Source: Mustelus asterias (Eukaryota). From it: DNA of 64,000 bases. The translations under genes were made by a program, and so were the position numbers. The notes beneath the pieces were generated by a model that had not been told where the DNA came from, ran no database searches, and saw nothing but the letters and a program-made list of their open reading frames with translations. Shown piece by piece: positions 11,611-22,644 of this stretch. Numbering within the stretch: the stretch's first letter is position 1; every line of letters starts with the position of its first letter. The DNA is taken from contig NW_027590123.1 of assembly GCF_964213995.1 (NCBI RefSeq), positions 620,001 through 684,000 of the forward strand. The letters run 5' to 3'.

Positions 11611-11673
11611 TTGTTTCTGTTTATCAGTGTGAGCGCGACCTCTGCGGACCACTATCTAGAACTCTCAGCCTGG

Positions 11674-11713
11674 GATTTTTGTACAGGTTTCGCCATATCT
11701 CTGAACCAGTGTG
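11674..11713 (-). other. RSS (24-nt spacer as counted)
   Basis: Minus strand CACACTG + 24 nt + ACAAAAATC. Confidence 0.8.
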
Positions 11714-12255
11714 TGCTCCATGGCACAGAAATACACGGCGGTGTCAGAGAGAAGAGTGCTGGCGATATTTAAAGGAACAGTGTTGTTTCCTTTCTGTAAA
11801 GCAGCCGAGAACCTATCTGGGAAATCCGGAGACTTATCGGTATCCCCCGTGCTAAAAATCTTCATCAGCTGCCTTGGAGCTTGCCGGGATACTGGGTGTA
11901 CCAGAACAGGGTTCGAAGAGCAGCTGTTGAGTATTTACAGTCCAATGTTATGTTCTGTCCTTCCAGAATCGATAATTCAGATCGATCTTGAAACACTGAA
12001 TCTTCAGCATTTGTCCCTGTAATAAAACACAGACGTTCTTCAAAATCTGGGAGCGAACATAGTCCATGGGGCAGACGCTGATCATTTAAACATTGGCTCA
12101 AAGAAAACGCTGGAAATCTTCAGCAGATCTGACAACATGTGTGAGAGGGAGAACAGAGATAACGTTTCGTGTCAGGATGACATTTTTCCAGAGCTTAATG
12201 ACTATTGACCAATGAGCAAGAGCATTATTATCAGCAACCAAAATGAGGAGCACAT
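11714..12255 (-). pseudogene. TCR alpha-type V pseudogene (single frameshift)
   Basis: Leader 12255-12210 MCSSFWLLIIMLLLI; V exon from 12016 TNAEDSVFQ...ITLDCKYS...LFWYTQYPG, 1-nt frameshift near 11880, then RQLMKIF...RFSAALQKGNNTVPLNIASTLLSDTAVYFCAME. Confidence 0.92.
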
Positions 12256-13121
12256 GGTGTCTGGTTTAGGATTCGGCAGAAATGAGACAATATTTGAAAT
12301 GTGTTGACGTTTCTGTTCTGATATTAAATTGGAAATTCGTATCAGCAGAAACTTCACTTACTTAGAAACTGAGGGGCGTTTCCAAGCGAAAGGATTGGCT
12401 GCTCTCTCTGAACTTATGGTCGTCGGGCACCTATCAGTGTTCGCTCTGGACGAATGAAATCTGAGCTTCTCTTTCTCCCTGTTTTTCTCAGGTTCTCCGA
12501 CTCTCCCTTCGTTTGAGACCTGTCTATCTCGCTCTGTCATTCCGCCACTCTGTATCTACCTCCCTTGCCCTACTTCTGACCTTCACATTTACTCCACGTT
12601 CTTCTCTTTCTGTCCTTTTCCTGAATTCCAGAGTTTAGACAATACGATTTCTCCCAGTCTCCCATTTCAACAAGTCCACCAAATTGCTCGTTATATTAGA
12701 TAAAGGTACTCTTAGATTAGATACTATTGATATTAGATAAAGTATAATAAAATATAATAACTTAAGGAGTAACATTATGATGAGAAGACTTAAATGAAAA
12801 TAACTAAAGGACATAGGAAATGAGTGTGAATGCAGGGTCATATTTACATCTTGTGTTGGTAATTTAGAGGAGGCACCTATCGGAATATTGATGGGTTGAT
12901 TTTGTTTAAAATTAGCTTTTTAACCACTATTAATTGAATAAAGCGAATCGCCAGCAATTAAATAAAGTTGGGATTATCCCTCATGTATACGTTCAACTGC
13001 ATTTAATTACATTGTAACAGTAAAAGGATGAACAAGAGTAATGTAATATAATCATGCAGCAACAACCTTCTGTAATTTGAGAATTCGATAATTTTCCAGG
13101 GAATGACCATTTACCGCAGAT

Positions 13122-13137
13122 CGCCGCCAGATGGCGA
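13122..13137 (+). promoter_or_regulatory. CTCF-like motif
   Basis: CGCCGCCAGATGGCGA, lying between two divergently oriented V genes. Confidence 0.5.
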
Positions 13138-13964
13138 TGCCTCACCATGTTTGTGTATTTACTGCAGTGGGTACGGGAAGGAAAGCAATGTGAGGGTGCC
13201 ACTGGTCTTGTTACTCAGGGTGTCAAGAGGTTTTTGGAAATCACCCTGCCGGTATCACGTTATACGCTATATTATACTATTTTTCTTTCCCTTTTTTCCC
13301 TTTTTTTCCCGGTTGCATTTGGGCCATTGCTTTTTTCAGTGAACTCCTTTGTTTATCTCACTGCCTATCTCTCTGCTTCTCTTGTTCTCTATTCGTTTGT
13401 CTCTCTTTGCGTCTCCGTCTGCATTACCTCCATATATATGCATCCTTTCCCTTCACGGTTCCTTCACCGTATCTTCATCTATTTCCCTTCCTGCCTCCCT
13501 CTTTCCCCCATTTATCTCACTGTCTGCCCCGCTATTTATCTCTCAGCTTCTCCCTCATTTCTACCATTCCCTTTCCTCGTTTTTATCCCTCTGCAGCTCC
13601 GTCTGTTTCTCCGAACTTTACTTCTATTACGGCCTCGGCCTCGGATTCAACCTCTGTCTTTCCATTTGTTTATCTCCGTTTCTGAGCTTGAAGGTTTCTG
13701 TGTTGCTGCATCTGTTTCTCGCACGGGATCTACTTCTCAATCCGCTGCTGTACAATCCGTTTCATTTACAATCGCAACACGAGGAAATCAACGGTTCAGA
13801 ACGAAGAGTTCAATGCAAGCAGGTCAGACACATGGCAATGCGATTAATGGTCTTGAGAAGTCGTCCCAAACCGACCTTAAAATAAACAACAACAAACATG
13901 AGCGACTGAAGCCGATCAAATAAAACTGCAGATATCTGAGGACCCTGGGTCTGAACTCGATGGA

Positions 13965-14360
13965 GTTTGGGGGGGCGGGGGGGGGATGTTATAGAAACTT
14001 ACACAATATTGAAAGACCTCGATAGTGTGGCCGTGGGGAAGATGTTTCCGTTCGTCGGAGAATCTCGGATCCGAGCGCACAACCTCGGAATAAAGGGACA
14101 GCCCTTTAGAATCGAGATGAGAGCAATTTCTTCAGCCAGAGGGTGGTGAATGTGTGGAATTCATTGCCACAGAAGGCTGTGGAGGCCAGGTCATTGGGTG
14201 TTTTTAAGACTGAGATAGATAGGTTCTTGATTGGTAAGGGGATCAAAGGTTACTGGGAAAAGGGGAGAAGAATGGAGTTGAGAAACTTTTCAGCATGACT
14301 GAATGGCGGAGCGGACACGATGGGCCGAATGGTCTAATTCTGCTTCTATATCTTATGGTC
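13965..14360 (+). mobile_element. CR1-type LINE 3' fragment
   Basis: GDVIETYTIL...FFSQRVVNVWNSLP-like sequence and GATGGGCCGAATGG tail. Confidence 0.85.
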
Positions 14361-14519
14361 TGGTCAGCAATGCTGATTCTTCCCTCACACCATGCACTGT
14401 ACACACTCAGTCACTGACTCCATTCTGTGGTATTTAATACTGTTGGTCAAAGAGCTTCAGCTGATCACTGAAACTCATTTAAATGTTATCTCAATCTATG
14501 ACGGGTAGATTGCAGATTG

Positions 14520-14560
14520 TTTGATTGGACGGGAGGTTTGAGTTCAGAAAGTGACGTTAA
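14520..14560 (+). promoter_or_regulatory. Putative V promoter (inverted CCAAT + CRE half-site)
   Basis: GATTGG at ~14523 and GTGACGT at 14551, 70-105 bp before the ATG; the same pairing occurs at ~4028-4050 upstream of another V. Confidence 0.5.
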
Positions 14561-14628
14561 AAACAGATTTTGTTCCAGCAGTGCTTGGAATTTTAAAGAT
14601 AGCCACAGCTTCGGGCTCTGCCGCCGCC

Positions 14629-15185
14629 ATGCATTTCCTCACCGTCTGCATTGTGTTCGGGCTCTTTCTTATCGGTAAGGATGACTCCAATCTGGTAAAA
14701 TGTTATCTCGATCAGAAACTGTAATTCTCCTGGCCTCGAAAAATGCTTCCTGACGCTGCTGAGTATTTCGGCCTTTATTAGTTTTTGTTTGATAACTCCA
14801 GTGAATGTAAAGTGTTAATATTATTTCAGCAGCACACCCAATACTAACTTTTGTCCTCGCCTTCAACACATGTTACAGATCCGGCTGATGGAGATTCTGT
14901 TTCTCAGCCGCCGTCTTTAGAGAGGAGAGAAGGTGAAACGGTGACTATCCGATGTACCTACAGCACTACAGAAAGCCGCTATGTCTTATCTTGGTACAAA
15001 CAGCAGCCACAGAAGAATTTGCAGTTCATTGCATTGAAATTGTCCTGGGGTACACACGAAGAGAGAGGGGAAGGTTTTGGACCCCGTTTCTCTGCTGAAC
15101 TCCAGGTCTTGGCTAAATTAACCACTTTAACCATTTCGAGTCTGCAGCTGGCTGACGCTGGCCGCTATTACTGCGCTTTCTGTCT
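14629..15185 (+). CDS. Intact TCR alpha/delta-locus V gene segment (delta-like); exons 14629-14674 and 14879-15185
   Basis: Kozak GCCGCCATG; leader MHFLTVCIVFGLFLI-G|gtaagg; branch point TACTAAC and acceptor TTACAG; in-frame DSVSQPPSLERREGETVTIRC...LSWYKQ...RFSAEL...LTISSLQLADAGRYYCAF with both Cys, Trp and no stops. Confidence 0.93.
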
Positions 15186-15224
15186 CACAGTGATAGAAAG
15201 CAGTCTCACCCCAGTACAAAAACT
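15186..15224 (+). other. Canonical 23-RSS
   Basis: CACAGTG + 23 nt + ACAAAAACT. Confidence 0.97.
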
Positions 15225-17119
15225 GCCTTCCAGCTATCATTGGGTGCTCCAGTCTGTTGAGATTTTTGTAGAGAATCGCAGAAAGTTACAGCCAGATTGA
15301 GCAGCGGCGCTGTCAGCCGCTCCAATACACAACCAGAGGAAACCACATTAACCTCGGATCAAACTGTCACCCAACTGAATCCAGGATCGGCTGAGAAAGC
15401 AAACAGCAGAATCCCATCAGACTGAAAGATTGATCAGAGGGAGAGAGAGAGAGCTACCAGTTAAACAGTTCCTGCTTCCGTTCGAATTGTTATTTCCTTC
15501 AATTCAAGCTTGGCCGGGAAGATCAGCTCCACCAAACATAGGTTGCTCAGACTTAAAAAAGGCTTCAAAACTGTCCGGCAGCACCTCATATAATACAGCT
15601 TGCGAGATGTAACCAGGGAATAACAACATTGAATGGGGGTAGTTGTGGTGGTGACGAGGGTGGTAGTTGTGTGTCTGTGTGTGTGGGGGAGGGGGGGCAC
15701 GCGAAGGGGTGGTTGTATGGATTCTCCAGTTTACATGGCGAGTGACGGAAATGAGATTGAAGGAGCAACCAAAATATAGAACTTATGGGAAAAAATATAG
15801 GTTTAAAAACAGTCCAAGCGGAGAAGAGAAAAACAGAGTAAAAATGATGCAGCGTAACAAAGAATGTGACTAAATAAAAGGAGATCTGAGCAATATACCA
15901 GTGCAAATTGGTGCAACTGAAATGTATGTTTTCCTATCCACGTACATACTGACTGTCAAAAATCTGAGCAATGTACCTATGCAGGTGAGCGTGAGCCAGT
16001 CTGTGCATCAGCTAGTGACTGTCTAGATTCAACGCTTTGGAACCTGAGACTTTTGGCACGGAGCTGATTGAGGCATCCTTCAGTGGATCAGGCCTTTCAC
16101 TGTCTGGTCTCAATGCTGAATACTTGAGCAATCTCAAGGTCAGGTGGCTGAATGGGATCACCAGTGCACCAGTTTAGTGCCTGCTAACATCCCGTGTTTA
16201 AAGAACTGATCAAGAATGCTATGCAGGCAAGTAAACGCTCACTCCCGAAGCGGTACAGGACGTATATCACCCAATCCACCTGCAAATTTTGAGAGAGTTA
16301 TAAAAGTCATTGACATAGATAAAGCTGACATTGAGCGGATTAATAAAGAGAGAATCCAACTGAGGGACAAGGATGAATGTGAGACTGAGAGCAGTAAATG
16401 ATAAAGAGCGACCCCAAGGAAGGACGTTACTGCAGATGTGTATATATAAATAGAGACATACATTTGAAGAGGCCGTGGTAGAATGGTATTTTGAATGGGT
16501 GAACCCTTATTTTGAAACAGTGGCATAGTTCTAGATAGCTCTAGATTTTCGCACAAGAGGAGCTATCCTCACTACAACACATTGTCAAATCCCTCAGTAT
16601 ATTATACATTTCAATTAAGTAGCCTACCTTTATTCCAAACGCCAGCGGATGCAAACTTAGCCTCACCAACATTTCCTCATAAGCTAATCCGCTCATTAAA
16701 GCAAAGCCTGGATGACAGTGGTCTACACTGATACACAGCATGGAAGAGTGAAACTTAATGAAACTCAAAGACGCACGTACAACCTGAGAACTGCTCACTG
16801 TTACAAGGAAACCGAGATATCGGAAATCATGGAATTGCAAAGAGACTGAGGCGAAAAGATACCGAAATAACATCAGGTGAAATGGGCAAACGGAAAAAAA
16901 AGCTTACGTTAAAACATGGAAAGTTATGAAATAGTAAAATTCAAAACAACGAATAACAAGCAATGTTACACAATGTACCTGCAGAGGTGAATGAGATTCC
17001 CCTTGATGCATAAGCTGAGTGTCCGCCTGCACTCAATCGTGAAACAAAACTGAGCAGTTTCTCATCAACTGTTAATTTATCCCATGCCTCTTCCGACGTT
17101 TTGGCATGACATTCCTCAT

Positions 17120-17560
17120 TTATTACTGCATTTTTCCACTGTCCAGGGTAATCGGCTTGAAACCCTGTTCATCGACCCATTATTCATATTCATCTGGGGT
17201 AAACATTCACTAACATAGCATGGAACAATTGCCTGCCACACTTGGCTAGCCATGATCACACGCATCAGAGTAAATTGACTCGAGTCGCCTTTGAGCATCC
17301 AACCAGCAGCAATACCAGGCGTGTGGGTGAGAAACAGCCAGCATCGTGAATGTTGGATACTTATGAGCAAATGTACGGTCATCCTTAAATTTAAAGCTCA
17401 TTACCGTATTTACTAACGATGCAGTTGGATCTCTGGACAACTGATATTCCTGCCATTTCAAACAAATCTCCTGAGATTCATCCAATTGAGGTGCCAATTG
17501 AGTTGGACCTGTTTTATTTCTGTCTGGTTCTCGTGAGTTCAGAAGATCGTGTTGGATCAA
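17120..17560 (-). mobile_element. Possible degraded hAT-type transposase C-terminal fragment
   Basis: Frameshifted reading LKWQEYQ...KYPTFTMLAV...PGIAA...DAQR(G/F)SQFTL...MNMNNG resembles the hAT dimerisation-domain pattern W..Y...YP.L..LA...P...AERxFS. Confidence 0.3.
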
Positions 17561-17694
17561 AAAGCTTTCGAGACTGCCCCATGTTTCTCTTGTGTCAACA
17601 GTGGCCCCACTTGGGATATCCCAGTTCGAAGAGGTGAGTGCGGTGGAGGAACAAATGGTTCAAATCGAGTGCAATGTGAACCCATGTCGTAGGA

Positions 17695-18796
17695 ATAGGA
17701 ATATGGCCATCCGACAGGAAGCAAAGAGTCGGAATAAATGGGTGTTTTTCCGGTTGGAGGAAGGTAACTAGTGGCGTGCCGCAGGGATCGGTACTCGGGC
17801 CGCAACTATTTACCATTTATATAGATGATCTGGAGGAGGGGACGGAGTGTAGGGTAACGAAGTTTGCAGACGACACAAAGATAAGTGGAAAAGTGAATCG
17901 TGTGGAGGACGGAGAAGATCTGCAGAGAGATTTGGACAGGCTGAGTGAGTGGGCGAGGATATGGCAAATGGAGTATAACGTTGAGAAATGCGAGGTTATA
18001 CACTTTGGAGGAAATAATAACAAATGGGATTACTATCTCAATGGAAACAAATTAAAACATGCTACCGTGCAAAGGGACCTGGGGGTCCTTGTGCATGAGA
18101 CGCAAAAGCCCAGTCTGCAGGTACAACAGGTGATCAAGAAGGCAAATGGGATGTTGGCCTATATTGCGAAGGGGATAGAATATAAAAGCAGGGATGTCTT
18201 GATGCACCTGTACAGGGCATTGGTGAGGCCGCAGCTGGAATACTGTGTGCAGTATTGGTCCCCTTATATGAGGAAGGATATATTGGCATTGGAGGGAGTG
18301 CAGAGAAGGTTCACCAGGTTGATACCGGAGATGAGGGGTTTGGATTATGAGGAGAGGCTGAGGAGATTGGGTTTGTACTCGTTGGAGTTTAGAAGGATGA
18401 GGGGGGATCTTATGGAGACTTATAAGATAATGCGGGGGCTGGATAGGGTGGAGGCGGAGAGATTCTTTCCACTTAGTAAGGAAGTTAAAACTAGAGGACA
18501 CAGCCTCGAAATAAAGGGGGGTCGGTTTAAGACAGAGTTGAGGAGGAACTTCTTCTCCCAGAGGGTGGTGAATCTCTGGAATTCTCTGCCCACTGAGGTG
18601 GTGGAGGCTACCTCGCTGAATATGTTTAAAGCGCGGATGGATGGATTCCTGATCGGTAAGGGAATTAAGGGTTATGGGGATCAGGCGGGTAAGTGGTACT
18701 GATCCACGTCAGATCAGCCATGATCTTATTGAATGGCGGGGCAGGCTCGAGGGGCTAGATGGCCTACTCCTGCTCCTATTTCTTATGTTCTTATGT
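17695..18796 (+). mobile_element. CR1-type LINE, 5'-truncated, RT domain
   Basis: [20 protein letters not shown], uninterrupted 308 aa ORF; (TCTTATGT)n tail. Confidence 0.95.
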
Positions 18797-21217
18797 GTTA
18801 CTAATAGTGACCTGACTGGTGAGCAGAAGATTGATAGAGTGAAATTATATGGATAGGCCGATTAGCAGAGGAAATATTAGATAGATGGACATATGAATTG
18901 ATTACTTTATTCTTCCTGTATTCTCAAGCGCTTTATTTAACTTTACTTCCATATATAATTCTGCCTGCTTCATTGCAGATTTTTCAGCTTTGCGTTGTCA
19001 CCTGGAGGGATTACAGATCTTGATTATTCAAGGAACAGATGGAGAAAACATTTTGCTTCATCACCACATCACCATCGCCTCTACCAAGTTTCTAGTTTTG
19101 TACAGACAGTTCTTCAATCGAGCTCCTGGTTACCCTTTCTCCACATTCAGAGATGAAAGAGCTGGTGGATGGTTTACAGTACATGTGCACCAGAAGAAAA
19201 GGTCCAGCACTATCACTGTTAAGGAGTTCACTGTGTAATTCAACAATTAATCCAATTCTCCTGATTTATGTCTCCCTATAATGAGCTGAAAAGGGGGCTT
19301 AGGAGAGCTAGGAGGGGGCATGAGAAGTCCTTGGCGGGTCGGATTAAGGAAAACGCCAAGGCTTTTTACTCTGATGTGAGGAATAAAAGAATGACCAGGG
19401 TGAGGCTGGGGCCGGTCAAGGACGGCAGTGGGAATTTGTGCATGGAGTCAGAAGAGATAGGAGAGGTGATGAATGAATACTTTTCTTCGGTGTTCACCAA
19501 GGAGAGGGGCCATGTTTTTGAGGAAGAGAAGGTGTCACAGGCTAATAGGCTGGAGGAAGTAGATGTTCAGAGGGAAGATGTACTAGCAATTATGAATAAA
19601 CTGAAAGTTGATAAGTCCTCTGGGCCTGATGAAATATATCCTAGGATTCTTTGGGAGGCAAGGGATGAAATAGCAGAGCCTTTGGCATTGATCATTGCGT
19701 CCTCACTGTCCCCGGGGGTGGTGCCAGAGGACTGGAGAGTGGCGAATGTGGTTCCTCTGTTTACGAAAGGGAATAGAAATGACCCTGGTAATTATAGGCC
19801 GCTTAGTCTTACTTCGGTGGTCGGTAAGTTGATGGAAATGGTCCTTAGGGATAGGATTTACGACCATTTAGAAAGATGCAGCTTAATCCGGGATAGTCAG
19901 CACGGATTTGTGAAGGGCAAGTCTTGCCTCACAAATTTGATAGAATTTTTTGAGGAGGTAACTAAGTGTGTACATGAAGGTAGTGCAGTTGATGTCATAT
20001 GCATGGATTTTAGTAAGGCGTTTGATAAAGCCCCCCACGGTCGGCTTATGAAGAAAGTAAGGATGTGTGGGATTGAGGGAAGTTTGGCCGATTGGATAGG
20101 TAACTGGCTATCTAACAGAAGACAGAGGGTGGTGGTGGATGGAAAATTTTCCGACTGGAAACCGGTTACCAGCGGAGTGCCACAGGGATCAGTGCTTGGT
20201 CCTCTGGTATTTGTAATTTTTATAAATGACTTGGAGGAGGGGGCTGAAGGGTGGATCAGTAAATTTGCTGATGACACCAAGATTGGTAGAGTAGTGGATG
20301 AGGTGGAGGGCTGTTGTAGACTGCAAACAGATATAGATAGGATGCAGAGCTGGGCTGAAAAATGGCAAATGGAGTTTAACCCTGATAAATGTGAGGTGAT
20401 TCATTTTGGTAGGACAAATTTAAATGTGGATTACAGGGTCAAAGGTAGGGTTCTGAAGAATGTGGAGGTACAGAGAGATGTTGGGGTTCATATCCATAGA
20501 TCTCTGAAGGTTGCCACTCAAGTGGATAGAGCCGTGAAGAAGGTCTATAGTGTGTTGGCGTTCATTAACACGGGGTTTGAGTTTAAGAGCCGTCGGGTTA
20601 TGCTGCAACTGTACAGGACCTTGGTGAGACCACATTTGGAATATTGTGTGCAGTTCTGGTTACCTCACTACAAGAAGGATGTGGAGACACTGGAAAGAGT
20701 GCAAAGGAGATTTACCAGGATGCTGCCTGGTTTGGAGGGTAGGTCTTATGAGGAAAGGTTGAGGGAACTTGGGCTTTTCTCTTTGGAGCGGAGGAGGTTG
20801 AGAGGAGACTTGATAGAGGTTTATAAGATGATGAGGGGGATAGATAGAGTGAACGTTCAAAGATTATTTCCTCGGGTGAATGGAGCGGTAACTAGGGGGC
20901 ATAATTATAGGGTTCATGGTGGGAGATATAGGGAGGATATCCGAGGTAGGTTCTTTACTCAGAGAGTGGTTGGGTGTGGAATGGAGTGCCTGCAGGGATA
21001 GTGGAGTCAGAAACTTTAGGAACATTTAAAAAGCTATTGGATCGGCACATGGAGTACTTCGGGATGATAGGGAGGAAATAGCTTGATCTGGGTTTCAGAC
21101 AAAGCTCGGCACAACATCGTGGGCCGAAGGGCCTGTTCTGTGCTGTACTGTTCTATGTTCTATGTTCTATATCAGTGTGTAACGGAACCCGCTCCTGATA
21201 CAGAGAACACAAAAACA
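18797..21217 (+). pseudogene. V pseudogene split by a CR1 insertion
   Basis: Leader remnant with donor GTGAG at 18819, acceptor TTGCAG at 18978, ...TDGENILL...LVLYRQFFNRAP...FTVHV...SSTITV; removing the LINE restores VSLYQCVTE; nonamer ACAAAAACA at 21209-21217. Confidence 0.65.
19281..21166 (+). mobile_element. CR1-type LINE, 5'-truncated ORF2
   Basis: 577 aa ORF with [33 protein letters not shown]; CTATA on both flanks as a possible TSD. Confidence 0.97.
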
Positions 21218-21227
21218 CGGTGAGGGA

Positions 21228-21241
21228 CCTCCCTCTGGTGG
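21228..21241 (-). promoter_or_regulatory. CTCF-like motif 3' of an RSS nonamer
   Basis: Minus strand CCACCAGAGGGAGG. Confidence 0.55.
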
Positions 21242-21446
21242 TGACGTGAGGTAAATGGCCTCTGCTTGGGAGATCAGTGAATTCTCAGGTTACTGGAGGA
21301 TCTTGTTGCAGGATTATGGTGCTGCAGTTTTTCTTGTCCCTATTATTCTTATTATAATATACTTAAATTCAGATGGACATATGCACGGAAATAATACGAA
21401 CTCATTACAATAAAGGGCCTGTTTAAAGGTGCTCTGTTGATTACTG

Positions 21447-21640
21447 GGGAGAGAGTATCCCTGGGGTGATGCTCAATGAGTTCAGGGGGATGGAGTCAGA
21501 GGGAATGGAGCAGGGAGAGAGGATCCCTGGGGTGATGCTCAGTGAGTTCAGGGGGATGGAGTCAGAGGGCATGGAGCAGGGAGAGAGGATCCTTTGGGTG
21601 ATGTTCAGTGAGTTCACAGAGATGGTCTGAGGGAATGGAC
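21447..21640. repeat. Minisatellite, 3 x 66 bp
   Basis: GGGAGAGAGGATCCCTGGGGTGATGCTCAGTGAGTTCAGGGGGATGGAGTCAGAGGG.ATGGAGCA starting at 21447, 21513 and 21579. Confidence 0.92.
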
Positions 21641-22644
21641 CTTATTAGGGATAATGTGTAATTGTAAAAGGAGTCGGGGACATTGTTAATTGGTACAAAA
21701 ATAAAGCTTGAAGCAGAGAGTCAGTGTGTGTTCACCAGAAAGTGGAGCGTGTGTATGTCTAACAGACAGGGGGGAGAGAACATCTGTTGGTGTGTCAAAG
21801 AGAAAATGTGTGTCTTTTTATGAGAATGAGCTCCATTATCTGGGAGCTTTTCCCTTGATTTCTGCTTACTTGTTGTTTGGATGGACATGGCGTCTGGGAA
21901 TTTCCACGTTTCCGTCCCTCAGCCCCCCCACCCCTCCCCGAGTATATCTCACAGGCCCAAATTCTAGTTATTATTTGGGAATGTGTACTCGATTATACGC
22001 TTGTGTGAATAATGTTCCAGTCACTCAGTCTCACTCCATGGTCTTTACCCCACTGTTCTCTCCGTGTTTTATATCTAGCCTGTGGCGTGCCAGCCTTGGA
22101 ATTACTTAATCAGACAATAGGGAGAGAGATTTACTCTGATACCCAACGCCGCAGCAACCTGTGTAGTGTTAGGCGGGGCAGTAAAAAGAAGTTTTCTTCT
22201 CCCATATACTGCGCTGTACCGGCCTCGGATGAAGCAGAGCCTTTGGAGTTTCAGAGTTAACTGACATATTATCGTGACAGATCAGTTTATAACCGGGTTC
22301 TCAAGCTGTTCAATCATTCTGTCTCTGGAGTTTATCATTGAAAAGGCAGAGATGAAACTGTATTTACACAAATGTGTCACTGAGTGGCGCAGTGACTCAA
22401 TGAAGGGCCTTGAGTTCAAACACATTCCAGACAGGACTTGGGAAATACCTGCCTGGGAAAGGGGGAAAACCGTGAAATCGGGAAAATGGCGTGGTGTCTA
22501 TGGGCTTTGGAGAACGGAATTAAGCAAAGTCAGAGTTGGTTAATTTTGCATTCAATATTTATTTTTAAAAACTCAGAATATTTTACAGGAGAATTCATTT
22601 GAAAGTTAACAAAAGTGAATATGACCTTTAAACTTCACATTGAG

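Noticed and set aside
13147-13923. 258 aa and overlapping hydrophobic ORFs
   Set aside because: They arise from a CT-rich low-complexity tract depleted of stop codons; no domain features
21447-21640. Regularly spaced repeats resembling a CRISPR array or switch region
   Set aside because: Contiguous 66-bp units without unique spacers in a eukaryotic context; only three copies, an ordinary minisatellite
22010-22220. PVTQS...IYCAV V-like words
   Set aside because: Spacing is too short, there is no Cys/Trp framework and no RSS; could be an extreme relic but cannot be supported
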